A stretch of DNA of 49,275 bases, taken from assembly GCF_001194135.2 (NCBI RefSeq), contig NC_068988.1, positions 89,870,761 to 89,920,035 of the forward strand, given 5' to 3'. The notes under the pieces are model-generated. The model saw only the letters and a list, made by a program, of their open reading frames with translations, made no database searches and had not been told where the DNA came from. Positions 23,980-36,476 of the stretch are shown here, in pieces. Within the stretch, counting starts at the first letter, position 1, and the number at the start of each line of letters is the position of its first letter. This stretch comes from Octopus bimaculoides (Eukaryota). Both the position numbers and the translations under genes were made by a program.

Positions 23980-24031
<52 letters not shown>
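23974..24031. repeat. (TAA)n tract
   Basis: Direct reading; tail/target of the preceding RLE LINE. Confidence 0.95.
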
Positions 24032-24033
<2 letters not shown>

Positions 24034-24600
24034 CTTTTCTTCTATTGGTCACAAACACTCAAGACACGGAGGAAAATATCGAAGGACGAGCTACAAGCAG
24101 AAAAGAAAAAAATACAAAAACAAATACGCGTGTGGTTAACATTCATCAAGGGGAGATACTACGACATTAAAGAATATAACAGAGGTTATATGATAGAAAG
24201 TGGAGAAATAAATAATAAATACATACATACAGTCCCCAAATGCGGGGACTGCCCCGCTTAGGATAATCCGGGATAACCTCCAGCGGGATACCCATCAAAT
24301 TCTCCATCCTTCGCAGCAAGAGTTCTAAAGTTAAAATACTTAAAAGCAGAGAGACTGGGGCATCCCTGGGGCACCCAGTGTTCGATAATGAAAGGTTCTG
24401 AAAGGTGGCCATTCAATTTGACAACCGAGCAAATGCCACTATAGATTGTGGTGATCCAGTCTCTGAAGACGGGACGGAAACCGACAGTTTTTAGGACAGG
24501 AACCAGATAGCGATGGTCTATCCTGTCAAATAGTTGGGACTGGTCCAAATTGACCAGTACCTCTCGTCACTGTCTTCCTAAATAGCACATCTGTTGATAC
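24032..24600 (-). mobile_element. L1/Tx1-type LINE relic: RT core fragment plus probable 3' UTR
   Basis: Minus strand 24240-24580: VLVNLDQSQLFDRIDHRYLVPVLKTVGFRPVFRDWITTIYSGICSVVKLNGHLSEPFIIEHWVPQGCP, then LLSILTLELLLRRME (RT DxxKAFDRVDH and QGCPLSP motifs). The stretch 24032-24230 is T-rich on minus and ends ...gaccaatagagaaaagc(att)n; its assignment as UTR is less certain. Confidence 0.8.
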
Positions 24601-24870
24601 TGTCGTAGAAGTCAGCGCTTTTATCGATGCCGTTACTGTTGTTGGTAGAATATTATTGTTGTTGGTGTTGTTGTTGTTGCTGCAGCTGGTTCCGTTACTA
24701 CTATTATTGTAATTGTGGTTGTCAATGCTGATGTTGTTGCTGGAATTGTCACGGGTCATGCTGCTGTTAGTGGTCTTGTTTTGGCTGCTGATGATATTGA
24801 TGATGGTGATGATGGTGGTGATGGTAGCGACGGTGTTGGTGATGGTAGTGATGTTATTGTTTGTGGGCTT
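24600..24870. repeat. Degenerate (GNT)n low-complexity triplet tract
   Basis: gtt/gat/ggt/gct triplets. Confidence 0.8.
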
Positions 24871-25149
24871 TTTGAAAAAGTGAAAGGGAGTGGCGACCGA
24901 TACGCTTGATTGACTACTATGCCTCGGGTCGATTGAACACGAGAAAGCAGATACATTCTCTGCTACACCCATTTCTCTACTTCGACAAGTGCTGGCAATG
25001 TTGTGAAAATTGATAGATTGAAAAATATGTCCGAGAAAGTTTTTTGCCCGTTCCGTGATTGAAATAGGGTGAACCTCCTTCAGAAGTTACTTGCATGCAT
25101 CCACCAAACAATAATTACAATTCCAGTGGCCGAAAACGGCAAGAGACAA

Positions 25150-25690
25150 GGAAAATTAGAAAAAAATCACCAGCTATGATTCGAGGGTGGATTCTATGTG
25201 TGAAGCCATGGCGTAGTCGGAGACGAGCAAACTCCTCTGAGATTTCCCAGTCCAAACAGGGTACACAACATGTGGACAAGGTACACAACATGTGCTATAT
25301 ATTTGATGTTGCATGTCCCTTTGACCCACGAATAGTCAGGAAGGGAGGTGAAACGATAGATAAATACAGCCCGAAATAGCCCGACTGTGGGAAAACGAAG
25401 ATGAAGATAGTGCCAGTTATTGTTGGGTCGTTGAGAATAGTATTAGAAGGCATCAAGAGGAATATAAAGAAGATTGGGGGAAAGAGTGTCCAGTAGAACT
25501 GTTACAAAAGATTTCCTTCTTTGGCACGGTCGGAATAAACACGAAAGTATTAGATAGTTGAAAAGAATGGATAGCATGTTACCGTAGGCTGAAGGCAGCA
25601 AGCCAGCTATGCATGCAAGACGCCAGGAACTCCAAGAAAACCTGTGATAAAGAGAAATAGTAATAAGGATAAGAAAAGTAATCCTTTCTT
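25150..25690 (+). mobile_element. Second R4/Dong-type RLE 3' fragment
   Basis: SETSKLL*DFPVQT...VDKVHNMCYIFDVACPFDPRIVRK...DKY...KIVPVIVGSLRIVLEGIKRNIKKIGGKECPVELLQKISFFGTVGINTKVLDS*, then UTR ending near tagtaataag. Paralogous to but diverged from 23500-23870. Confidence 0.82.
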
Positions 25691-25693
25691 CTA

Positions 25694-25863
25694 AAGGCAC
25701 AAGACCAGGAATTTTAGAGTAGGGAACTAGCCGATTAATTCATGGTCGCCGAAAGGATGAAAGGCAAGTTTGACTTCGGCAAAATTTCAAATCAGAACTT
25801 AAAGACGGACGAAATGCCGTGAATCATTTCCCTTGACGGGCTAACGATTATGCCAGCTCGCCG
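25694..25863 (-). mobile_element. Family-B SINE
   Basis: Reverse complement begins gcggcgagctggcataatcgttagc; body cctttcatcctttcgg; tail cttgtgcc. Confidence 0.8.
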
Positions 25864-25901
25864 CTTCAATGACAAAAATGATATTAACAGCAATACAGCA
25901 C

Positions 25902-26045
25902 TACTATAGGCACAAGGCCTGAAGTTTAGGGAGGGGGATAATCTATTTCCGCCGAGGTCGACTTTGCCATTCATCCTTTCGGGGTCGATAAAATAAGAAC
26001 CAGTTGAGTACTGTGATCGATGCTATATCGACTTACTCCTCCCTA
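25902..26045. mobile_element. Rearranged family-B SINE pieces (minus tail joined to plus body)
   Basis: ggcacaaggcctgaag (minus tail) directly followed by ttccgccgaggtcgactttgcc...ggggtcgataaaataag (plus body). Confidence 0.65.
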
Positions 26046-26189
26046 CAATATCTACTGCTACGACTTTCTCTCCATCTTTGCTTATTATATTATGTAAACA
26101 TTCCCACATGTTTTGTAAACTCTCCTTCTCATTTTTTTATATTAGGCCCAATACGTTGTGGTCACGAATGAAAGGGTGATGAACTGCCC

Positions 26190-26400
26190 ACATCCTTAGA
26201 GCGTTGGTAAAAATACATCGACGGTATTTGGTTGAGCATGTTTATTTCTGAGTTCCAATCCCGCTGCGGTTCAACATTGCTTTTCATCTATCTGGAGTCG
26301 ATCAAATAAAGTATCAGTCAAATACTGGGATCGATGGCATTGACTGATCTACACCCTTCGAAATTGTTGACCCTGTGCCTAAATCAGAACAATCGTCAAT
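26190..26400 (+). mobile_element. Degenerate family-B SINE
   Basis: ttctgagttccaatcccgc...gtcgatcaaataaagtatcag...ctgtgcctaaa. Confidence 0.6.
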
Positions 26401-26569
26401 AACTGTTGCTTTGCTTGTGATTGTTTAGCGCTCTCTTTGAAGAGACTCATGGTGAAACGCGTTTTATCCTCGGCAATCTTCTTTTATTCGACACAGGGAA
26501 CTAAAGTAGAGGCATTTTGGCTTCTACTTCTTGCAAATTCAGGGCCACGCAGGAGCTTCCCCATTCTAT

Positions 26570-26597
26570 AGTAGTAGTAGTAGTAGTAGTAGTAGTC

Positions 26598-26636
<39 letters not shown>
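26570..26636. repeat. (GTA)n microsatellite
   Basis: Direct reading. Confidence 0.95.
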
Positions 26637-26637
<1 letters not shown>

Positions 26638-27032
26638 CGGCGGTGGTGGTAGTATTCTCGTTATTCTTATCGCATCGTTGCTTCTATTAATTAAACGGCA
26701 CTAACTTTTAGCGCAAAGCTAGATGCAGACAAAATGTGAGATTCAGATAAAGAGTGTCAGAGATAGATAGAGACAGAGAGAGAGATGGTGGGGTGGGAGT
26801 GTTAGAGAAAAGGAGATGAAGAAAGAAAGTGAAGGGAAGGAAAGAGAGAGATTATAGAATAAAGAAAGACAGAAAAATACATTGGAAGAGAAGGGAAGAT
26901 GGTAATGAAAGAGAGAAAATTACAAAGCAGAACGTCGATTTTTCTTTTGTCTGCTACAAGTAAATGTGTGACGGCTGGTGAACACTTGTTGGGCCATGTA
27001 ATACAGTTAGAAGAGTAGAAGATATGTGTGTC

Positions 27033-27089
<57 letters not shown>

Positions 27090-27129
27090 GCACACGCATA
27101 TATATATATATATATATATATTTATACAT

Positions 27130-27172
<43 letters not shown>

Positions 27173-27407
27173 AACATTCATATACGCTTGTATATATATA
27201 TATATAGAGAGATACATACACACAAGACACGCATATACATATGTATATATATATATATGCACATCGCTTCCTCTTTCATATTCTTTACTCACTTTTTTCT
27301 TTCTCAGTATAAATATGCATACATATATAAGCACACTCACGTTAAGCTCACACTTACGCACGCAAACAGGCATTAGAGGTACATTTGTATACACAAACAC
27401 ACATATA

Positions 27408-27453
<46 letters not shown>

Positions 27454-27857
27454 ATGTATATATACATACTTAATACACACACACAGACATATATCTATAT
27501 ATATATATACACACAAGAACACATATTCATATATGTATATGTATTACACAGACACGCACATACACGTGTGTGTGTGTGTGTTTGTGTGTTTGTGTGTATG
27601 TGTGTGTAAGGGACACATGAGCGAACAAAATTTTACAATTGTGGGGAATGGTAGTAGAAAAGGAAAACAATAAAAAAACAAACCTGTTCAAAGACAAGCT
27701 TCCGTTACATTCACACACAAACATTCAGTTTTCACTTTATCTCGTTAGATGCCTCTCACATTCATTCACTTTCGCTAGCTAATTGTTTTAGAATTTTTTT
27801 TTTTTTTGTGTTCTTCAAAGTAACCGTTACACATACATTGTCACTACGTACACATAT

Positions 27858-27897
<40 letters not shown>

Positions 27898-28313
27898 AAC
27901 GTCTCACTTATAGAAGAATGAGAATTAAACAAGGAGAGAAGACAAAACATGTCGGAAATATAACTTGTTCGAGCAGAAAAATGATGGCAGAAAAAATACT
28001 GAAATATCAATGAGAAAACTCGAAGAATCAACTTGTTTACGGCTCAGTTGATGCATAATGATATTTTTTCCACATTCAAATAGATATCTTTGAAAAGCAT
28101 ATACATTCATATATGCACATATGCTTATAAAATACACAGAAATGTTCTACGGTATATGTGTGTCAAAATATACTTCTATGTGAATGAATATTCTTATGGA
28201 GACATAAAACCTCTTCAATACACGCATTTACTGTACGCACACTCAAACACTACAGCTATCACACTTATGTGTGTGTATATTTATATACATACATACATAC
28301 ATACATACATACA

Positions 28314-28344
<31 letters not shown>

Positions 28345-28639
28345 GAAAGCTCACCTATACAGCACAAACTAGTATGACCTGGTAGATTCTACTATGTTTT
28401 TACTAATTGTTTTCGGTGTTTATGTACTCAGAAGCAAACTTAGCCTCTCAGCCCGCCCGCTTCTGTTAGCCATATATCAAAGACGTTACAGCTGGAGTAA
28501 AGAGAGAGAGAGGGGACTGCAAATCTAGTCGACTGTTACTCATTTTTCAGCTGCTCAGTCCGGAGCAATGTGAAGTAATATGCCTGTATGAAAGACATGA
28601 CGCGCCGCGTGTGTAATGAATACTTATTGTCTCAAGTCT

Positions 28640-28917
28640 GATTCTCCGTTGGGCACGACAGCGAGCGTTCGTTATGGTTCGGTCAACGGAGCAGCATAGT
28701 CGTGAAGTAGTGTGCAAGTGGCTGAGCACACCACTGACACCCGTACACTTACTGTAGTTCTCAGAGAGATTCAGTACAGGTACAGCTCATTTTTGCCAGC
28801 TGATGGGACTAGAGCAACGAGAAATAAAGTTTTTTGCCTGAGGGCTCAGCACAGCATTGGGAATCGAACCTACAAGCTTACGATCGTGAGACGGATACTC
28901 AAGTCATTAAGCCATAC
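28640..28917 (-). mobile_element. tRNA-derived SINE, family C
   Basis: Reverse complement: A-box tggcttaatga, perfect B-box ggttcgattcc, body ttgctctagtcccatcagctggcaaaaatgag, and a tail co-linear with 44840-44985. Confidence 0.82.
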
Positions 28918-28991
28918 GTTTTCCCTTGTAGTCTAAAAGGAGGAAACGGTTTCGGATGAAGAAGACTATCAGCGATATTTACGTTGACTTT

Positions 28992-29210
28992 AAGGCGGCG
29001 AGCTGGCAGAATCATTAGAACGTTGGCCAAAATTCTTAGCGGCACTTGTTCCATCTTTATCTTCTGAGTTCAAATTCCGCCTAGGTCGATTTACCTTTCA
29101 TCCTTTCGGGGGTAGACAAGATATGTATCAATTGATCATTGTGGTCGATATAATTGACTAACCACCTAACCCGAATTTGCTGGCTTTGTGTCAAAATGTA
29201 AAACCGATAT
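28992..29210 (+). mobile_element. Family-B SINE
   Basis: ggcggcgagctggcagaatc...ttctgagttcaaattccgcc...cctttcatcctttcgggg. Confidence 0.85.
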
Positions 29211-30199
29211 TTACGTTGAATTTTCCAGAATGTACTAAGACAAAATAGATACGTTATTGTTTATATCTGTGTTTTAGTTGTTTCTGAACACATGGGTATA
29301 TGTGTAGCGTGACAAAGCGCTTAGAACATGTGCGGCAATTTGTATGTAATTATCCAAACACATTTTGAGTTGAAAGATATGAAGACACATATGCACGCTC
29401 TGGAAAATGCTGCCAGCGAAGTGTTAAGACTTCCTGAGGACCGTTTACGATATGCTTCTATTGCAGACTGATATCATACTGCGGGTTAGGAGCAACGATA
29501 CTGATTGTCGTCTATGCGCAGTTTATGCAACGTTGGACTATGTCGTGGGTGCTTTGCGAATTATCACCTGCAAATGAGGCCCGATAACTAATTCATGCAT
29601 TCGGTAGACCTTCCTGATGCATCAAAATAGCAAAGCAACAGCGTTTTCTGAAGCAGCACCAGCATTTCATGCTTGTTCATAAGATCGCTGAGAAAAAGGT
29701 AACATGTGAGATAGGACATAATAAACGACATATTGACTTCTGCGTGGTGTTAGTAACATGACAATAATGAGAGGAAAATAGTGAGAACAAAAACGGTGAG
29801 AGAACAATGGTAAAAGAACAATAGTACTCGCGTCTCTAATTAATTTTGAAATGACAACTAACACTATGAAATTTATGTCAGGACCTGACGTGTATAAAAA
29901 TCTCGCATGTTTAGATATAAAAGCTCTGTTTGTACAATGGGAAAGCAAAATATCGGCAAAAAAATGAGAGCGCATTAAAGAAACGCAGGAAATAGGATGT
30001 ATACCTGGTTTATGTTCCTTGTCCAGCGGATCTAGGAAAAAGATCATACACGGACAAGACATATAAAAAATATCGGTTCAGTCATAAAAAGATTTCGCCA
30101 AATACCGTCAAATAAATTAGTTTCTATCAATTCAGTGTCGGCATTTCTCTCTCACTCACTCTCTCCATCTCTTTCCCTCTCCATATAGACATACGCACA

Positions 30200-30217
30200 C
30201 AGACACACACACACACA

Positions 30218-30276
<59 letters not shown>

Positions 30277-30635
30277 GTATGTATGTATATACGTATGCAT
30301 GTATATATGAACGTACGTATGTATGTATGTATGGATGGATGGATGGATGGATGGATGGATGTATGTGTGTGTTTCCACGTATAATATACATATACATGAA
30401 TATATATATATATATGCGTGTGTATACATACATATGTGTGTATATATATGTATATATTTCTACATATATATATATATATATATTAATATATATGATATTT
30501 ACGTATATTTGTGTGCGTGTGTATATATATATATATATATGTATGTATGTCTTCATTTGCATATAGACACACACTCGCATATATTTAGATGTACGTACAC
30601 ACATACGTGCATACATGAATACATACATACATACA

Positions 30636-30666
<31 letters not shown>

Positions 30667-30690
30667 TTATATGCATACGTACGTAGTATT
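30200..30690. repeat. Compound CA/TA/TGGA/TACA microsatellite field
   Basis: Direct reading. Confidence 0.9.
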
Positions 30691-30999
30691 TCCAATGCTA
30701 CATCACATGTACACTCGGTATAGATTTATTACAAACTAATGATCTGTGTCAGATTATTATTATTATTATTATTCGCATGGTTATTCTGGAATATTTGGCA
30801 TCGCCTGTTACAGAGCAACAGAGCTTAATATTGTTATTCCTTATTCTCATGTTTTGGCATTTCGCTCCAATTCTTTCGTTACAGACAATTCTGTCTATGA
30901 ATACAAGCGTAATGTAGACGTCGGGGTAGATTTACAAAATTGGTTCTACTAATGTAAAAGTGTGTGTCTGTATATGCATGCCTTTGTGTGATTATGTGT

Positions 31000-31052
<53 letters not shown>

Positions 31053-31459
31053 GAGGAGGGGAACTGTGTCTGTGTAGGTGTGTGTGTAGGCGTAAGCAAA
31101 TTTTGATGTGTATTGTGAAAAGCGCTTGGATGTATGTGTTGGTATTTGTGCGTCTGTATGTATGTAAATATATGAGTATGATGAGGGAGGAAAGTAGTTT
31201 CATGTGGTTCTTCATACAATAAGATTTGATATATATAATTCAACGAAATGTGCCTCAAAACCAAAATCACTATATTCACAACATATTATATTCATGCAAT
31301 AATATAGAAACATACACACATGGACAAATATTTGCGTGTGAGTAAATGCGTGTATACGTAGATGTGTATGAATATATATATATCTAAATCTAGATACATA
31401 CATACATACATACATACATACATACATAGACAATATATACGCAAGAATATCTTATATAA

Positions 31460-31995
31460 CGTTTTACTCAGTTGCAGTCAAGTTTTTGGGCGGCGACTCT
31501 CCTGGAGCACTTCCTTGGAGGTTTCATCAAAAGATCGCCTTCTCAACCTAATTTTTTAGTCTTGTACTTATTCTATGTTACGTAGAAATAAACAAACAGA
31601 CACCGGTTGCAAAGTGATGATAGATGATCAGCTCAAGCACACAAAACGCAAACACACACATGTATGCACACACTCACACACTCACACACACACATGCACA
31701 CACACACACACGTATTTATGTGTGTATGTATGTATGTATCTATGTATGCATGTATGTATATCATTGTTCAGTTTTATTTCAAGAGTTTTTGCCAATAAAG
31801 AGTCAGTTTCCAACCTAGATCCAAGGCACCTTCATTAGAATTTCAGCATCAACAACAGGGTATGTATGTATTATGTATGTATGTATGTATGTATGTATGT
31901 ATGTATGTATTCACGTATATGTGTGCGTATGTATATGTGTGTCTACATGTGTGTATATGCCCGGCTTCTTTCAGATTCACTCTACCAAAGCCTCT
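31460..31995 (-). mobile_element. Decayed family-A SINE with expanded internal microsatellite
   Basis: ttttactca..cagtca...ctggagcac...gtacttattctat...accggttg at the left end; ggcttctttcagatt..ctaccaaa at the right end. Confidence 0.55.
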
Positions 31996-33109
31996 CATAT
32001 ATATGTATATATAGATTGTATATATAGATTTTTATACATTTATAAATACTTATACTTATTCCAATTTCAACCTTTCCGGGAATTAAACCGCGTTCTCGGT
32101 TTTCTGAGATGCATTAATGTCAGCCTAGACTCGGAAAGCTGAAAGGATACGCAATGTTTCTGTAACACAAAACAATCTCCTGAAGTATAATATATTATGA
32201 TTCATATTTCACAACAACAGAGTTTACGATCATGCGAAAGTATGTCTGTTATATATCGTCAATTTTAGTTCATTTTTCGTTTTATTATGAGAGTATTATA
32301 TCAAATCTGTAACTGAAACTGAATAACTATGAAAGATAATTTCTTAATAAGGAATACACGAAATAGAACTCTATATATGTGCAGGGACAGAAATGAGACG
32401 AAGATCTTTGCCAATCGGTAAGATTATTGACATAGCGATTAAAAGCCTTACTCTATATGTGACAAATATACTATAACGTCTGCGTTAGTACTGGAAGCTT
32501 TCGTTTAACAGATGCTCATATCTGGCTCAGGACATAGAAAGCATGTTTAGATCGGTAGGCTTGGATATTTACTGAAAAACTTTATACGTATACACCTTAT
32601 ATGTTTATGCATAGTTGACGCTACAGAGTTTAAGGAGGATGAAGCATAATATGTATTAGTTTGGGAGAAGCCTGTTTTAAAGTTGAAAAAGTGACTAATT
32701 GATTTAGAGTGTATTTTTGTCTGACAAAATTTTATGTAGTATATGATACCAATATTATTTTAGTTTTAAAGATTAAGCATTATTAGCGGAATTAGTGTTT
32801 GAGGAATGCAGCATTGGGTAGTGACAAGGGAAATTGTGTAGAATGAGGTTATGAACTATGATAATTTGGGACCTCTGTTTTTTGTCTCATTTTTAATTGC
32901 TGGATCCGGAGAAGAGCAACATTGTCCACGCCCTTCAGTGGCCATCTTCTACGCTTTACGCAGATGATGTATATGATACCCTCAAAACTGTATAAGTCAA
33001 CACCTGCAAAACAGGCACCACCATGGAGGGAACGGCAGGCAGTACAGTATTTGAAAAAGAGGAATTAGGCATAATCATTGCGGGTTGTGGAGGAATTGGG
33101 CATAATCAG

Positions 33110-33510
33110 TGCAGGTCTTGTAGGTATCAGACACAGCAAAGGTGAAGAAACTAAGCAGGATGAGTGGGTGGATAATGTATAATTGGAGATGATGCAAAGT
33201 CGGCCAACTCTGAAGAACAATAACCAATACACTAGATGTAAAACCGGAAAGAAATACCAGCTCCCTATATTCCAGAGGCTGGAGTGTGTCTATGAGAATT
33301 TCGTCAATCATTCAGGTCTGTATATTCTAGATATGAGAACGTTCAACCGTAGCTGTATCGTACCAGATTTGAGACAGCAGTCATCAGGACAAGACCGCAT
33401 ACGATTGAAAGATGATCTGTAGTTAGGGATGCTTGATAAGTTGCATAGAGGGCATATATACGAAATGTGTGGCAAAGAGATAAGTCAAGACGGGGTGATA
33501 TAAGTTTTTG
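33110..33510 (+). mobile_element. Probable Gypsy LTR pol relic (integrase zinc-binding region)
   Basis: In frame across one stop: GQDRIRLKDDL*LGMLDKLHRGHI, resembling the DRIVIPxxLRxxMLxKLHxGH H2C2 region. Upstream L*VSDT resembles LxVADxLSR. Confidence 0.4.
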
Positions 33511-34508
33511 TTTCTGATATCAAAATAAGAGAAAGAAGCGATGTATCCACAATATTACTGGGCAGACACCTTTGATAGTTGTGTAACCTGAACTGGAGAC
33601 ATGAAGGATAAATAACGGCTGAAAGATTAATGCGTTCGTAACAAGCAGTGTGTGCTAACCTATATAGAGAGTTTACGTAGTACTGGGGCTACTAATATTC
33701 GAAAATATGAATTATTAGAAGCTGAAAATTAACGCGGGTGGTAAAGGCGTGATGTAATTGAATATAATCTAAATTTAAAACAGGTTAAAAGCAACTTAGT
33801 TAATAAATAAAAACTAGGTTTCGATTTCATGTCTCAACTATTGTCAAAGCATAAAGGAACGTAGTGATTAACATATCGAACATAATACGAGTCAATCACT
33901 TACGAAATGAACTTCGTGTTTAGCTACTACAATATAACTTTCAGTCAGATCGACACATAGAAATTTGTATTTTACTATGAAGGTAAATGGAAGGCTTCGT
34001 GTTTTGAAAGAATAATAAATTTCGATTTAAATTCAGGTACGGCTAAAATTGATACTTGTAATTAATGCTTCATGCGTGGCTCATCGCCTCTCTCTCCAAG
34101 ATGAATTACAACCTTCATCATTCTCAATACTGAGACAACAATGGTAGCTGCGTTTACTGTCTAGAAAATGGTTTCCACAGTTTTTTTTTCTTTACTTTTG
34201 ATCGGATTGTATCTCGAGACGACTGTATATTCGAATACTTTTTCTATTATTTCATTGTTATATTTCACTCCTAAACCACTATCAGTTTTGACTCAGAAAT
34301 ACTTCTTCATCCAATTGTAAATTATAAACAGAATAATAAGATCTGATACAAAAGGTCATAAACAGAAATATATAGATATATATGAAAAAAAAAGCAATCA
34401 TATAAAAGTTTTCGCGTGCTTTATTGATTTACGTATATAACATGATACATATATATGTATGTGAGTGTGTGTTTGTATGTGTATCAATGTATATATATAT
34501 ATATATAT

Positions 34509-34940
34509 NNNNNNNNNNNNNNNNNNNNNNNNNNNNNNNNNNNNNNNNNNNNNNNNNNNNNNNNNNNNNNNNNNNNNNNNNNNNNNNNNNNNNNNNNNNN
34601 NNNNNNNNNNNNNNNNNNNNNNNNNNNNNNNNNNNNNNNNNNNNNNNNNNNNNNNNNNNNNNNNNNNNNNNNNNNNNNNNNNNNNNNNNNNNNNNNNNNN
34701 NNNNNNNNNNNNNNNNNNNNNNNNNNNNNNNNNNNNNNNNNNNNNNNNNNNNNNNNNNNNNNNNNNNNNNNNNNNNNNNNNNNNNNNNNNNNNNNNNNNN
34801 NNNNNNNNNNNNNNNNNNNNNNNNNNNNNNNNNNNNNNNNNNNNNNNNNNNNNNNNNNNNNNNNNNNNNNNNNNNNNNNNNNNNNNNNNNNNNNNNNNNN
34901 NNNNNNNNNNNNNNNNNNNNNNNNNNNNNNNNNNNNNNNN
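34509..34940. other. Assembly gap (N)
   Basis: N run between (TA)n and (AAT)n. Confidence 1.
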
Positions 34941-35133
<193 letters not shown>

Positions 35134-36030
35134 ATTGTATTGTCGTTTCAGAAAAATTTTATTTCAAAAATCTCAGCAATTTTAACTGAAAAATGAAGCA
35201 ATACTCAACAGGAAATGAACGGAATTTTATTCATTAAAGATACAAAACGGAGAATAGTGAATGGACAGTGAGAAGAGAAGAGAGAAATAATAATAATAAA
35301 GACTATCAATAGAACGAAATAGATATAATAAAACGGTAGATCGAAAAAATACATCTATCAATATTTAGTTAATTTTAAGACTGATCACTTGACAGAGAAG
35401 GTATTAAGATCTAATCATATTTGGAGTGAATAAATGTATCTTTATAGAGCCTCTGTAATATATGCCATCCTAAGGTGTCTTACGTTGTCTTAGCTAAGAT
35501 AGGGGAATATATTAACAGCAATATCTCCTATACGTTCTATCTAATGTTGGTATGTCATATTTGAAAATAAGATTCTAAACTTCGATCCTAGCTCAGTATA
35601 CTGTAATCGGCGACACCGATTGTGAGGAATGCATCATATTGGAGGGATAAGACGATGGCAATTTCGATTTCTCGTAACATATTTGGAGAAATCAATCCCG
35701 AAGGATATAAAACATCCTATAATACACAGTATTCGATAATACTTATGTTGTTTCGCTGTCTGAATTGCTAAATGTTTCTAGTCTGATATGACTATTTTCA
35801 GGTAGGAAGATTTATTAATTCTAATCTCCAAATGATTTGGATATATATTTAAACTGAGAAATGTTTGTTCAATGCAACTGAAACATATAAGTAGTATGCG
35901 AAGTTTTAGCTTAATGTGACAAGAAGTTACATTAAAGAAATTGCTTATTGTAAGGTATATTGTTAGCTGGAGTGAAATACTTTAGTCAAATGTAAACAGA
36001 TAAATAAATAGATAGATAGATAGATAGATA

Positions 36031-36434
36031 CATTTCTTTTATTAGACACACAGGGCTCAACAAAGATGGGACGAATACAATGTAGAGCTTTTCTTTTTAG
36101 GAGGGGTGAAGAGAAAAAAATAGGGGTGAGTGTCGATCAAAAGGGATCGTAGGAAGGGAAAAAAGGGGGAGTTCGATCAAAAGGGACCGAGAGAAAAAAA
36201 AAAGGCGATCAATAGTATCACAGTAATGTTCTCGCGTAAAAAGAGGGGAGGACAGTTTAGGTTTAGCCGTGGAAAGAAAAGCCTACGGAAAAGACCACGG
36301 TAACCTTGGTCAATATTGTCATTGCAGAAACTATAACAGTGAGTGACTCTCTTTTGCCTTTTTGTTTTTTGTCTGGATTTATTTTACTCCTTTATAGTGC
36401 TATGCTCAAGGTGGCTCCGTCATTCACACGTGCC

Positions 36435-36435
<1 letters not shown>
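36031..36435 (-). mobile_element. 5'-truncated LINE 3' end (probably L1/Tx1-type) inside (GATA)n
   Basis: Minus strand: ORF tail ARVNDGATLSIAL* (stop 36392-36394), ~360-nt pyrimidine-rich UTR ending ctaataaaagaaat. (GATA)n on both sides (35998-36030, 36436-36476). Clade assignment is from my recollection of similar elements. Confidence 0.6.

Positions 36436-36476
<41 letters not shown>

Noticed and set aside
28860-28917. tRNA-like sequence with a perfect B-box
   Set aside because: It continues into a SINE body and tail and shows no complete cloverleaf; it is a SINE head, not a tRNA gene.
29618-29704. Plus-strand donor AAG|GTAACA after a 27-codon open frame
   Set aside because: No polypyrimidine tract or acceptor upstream, and an in-frame stop at 29615.
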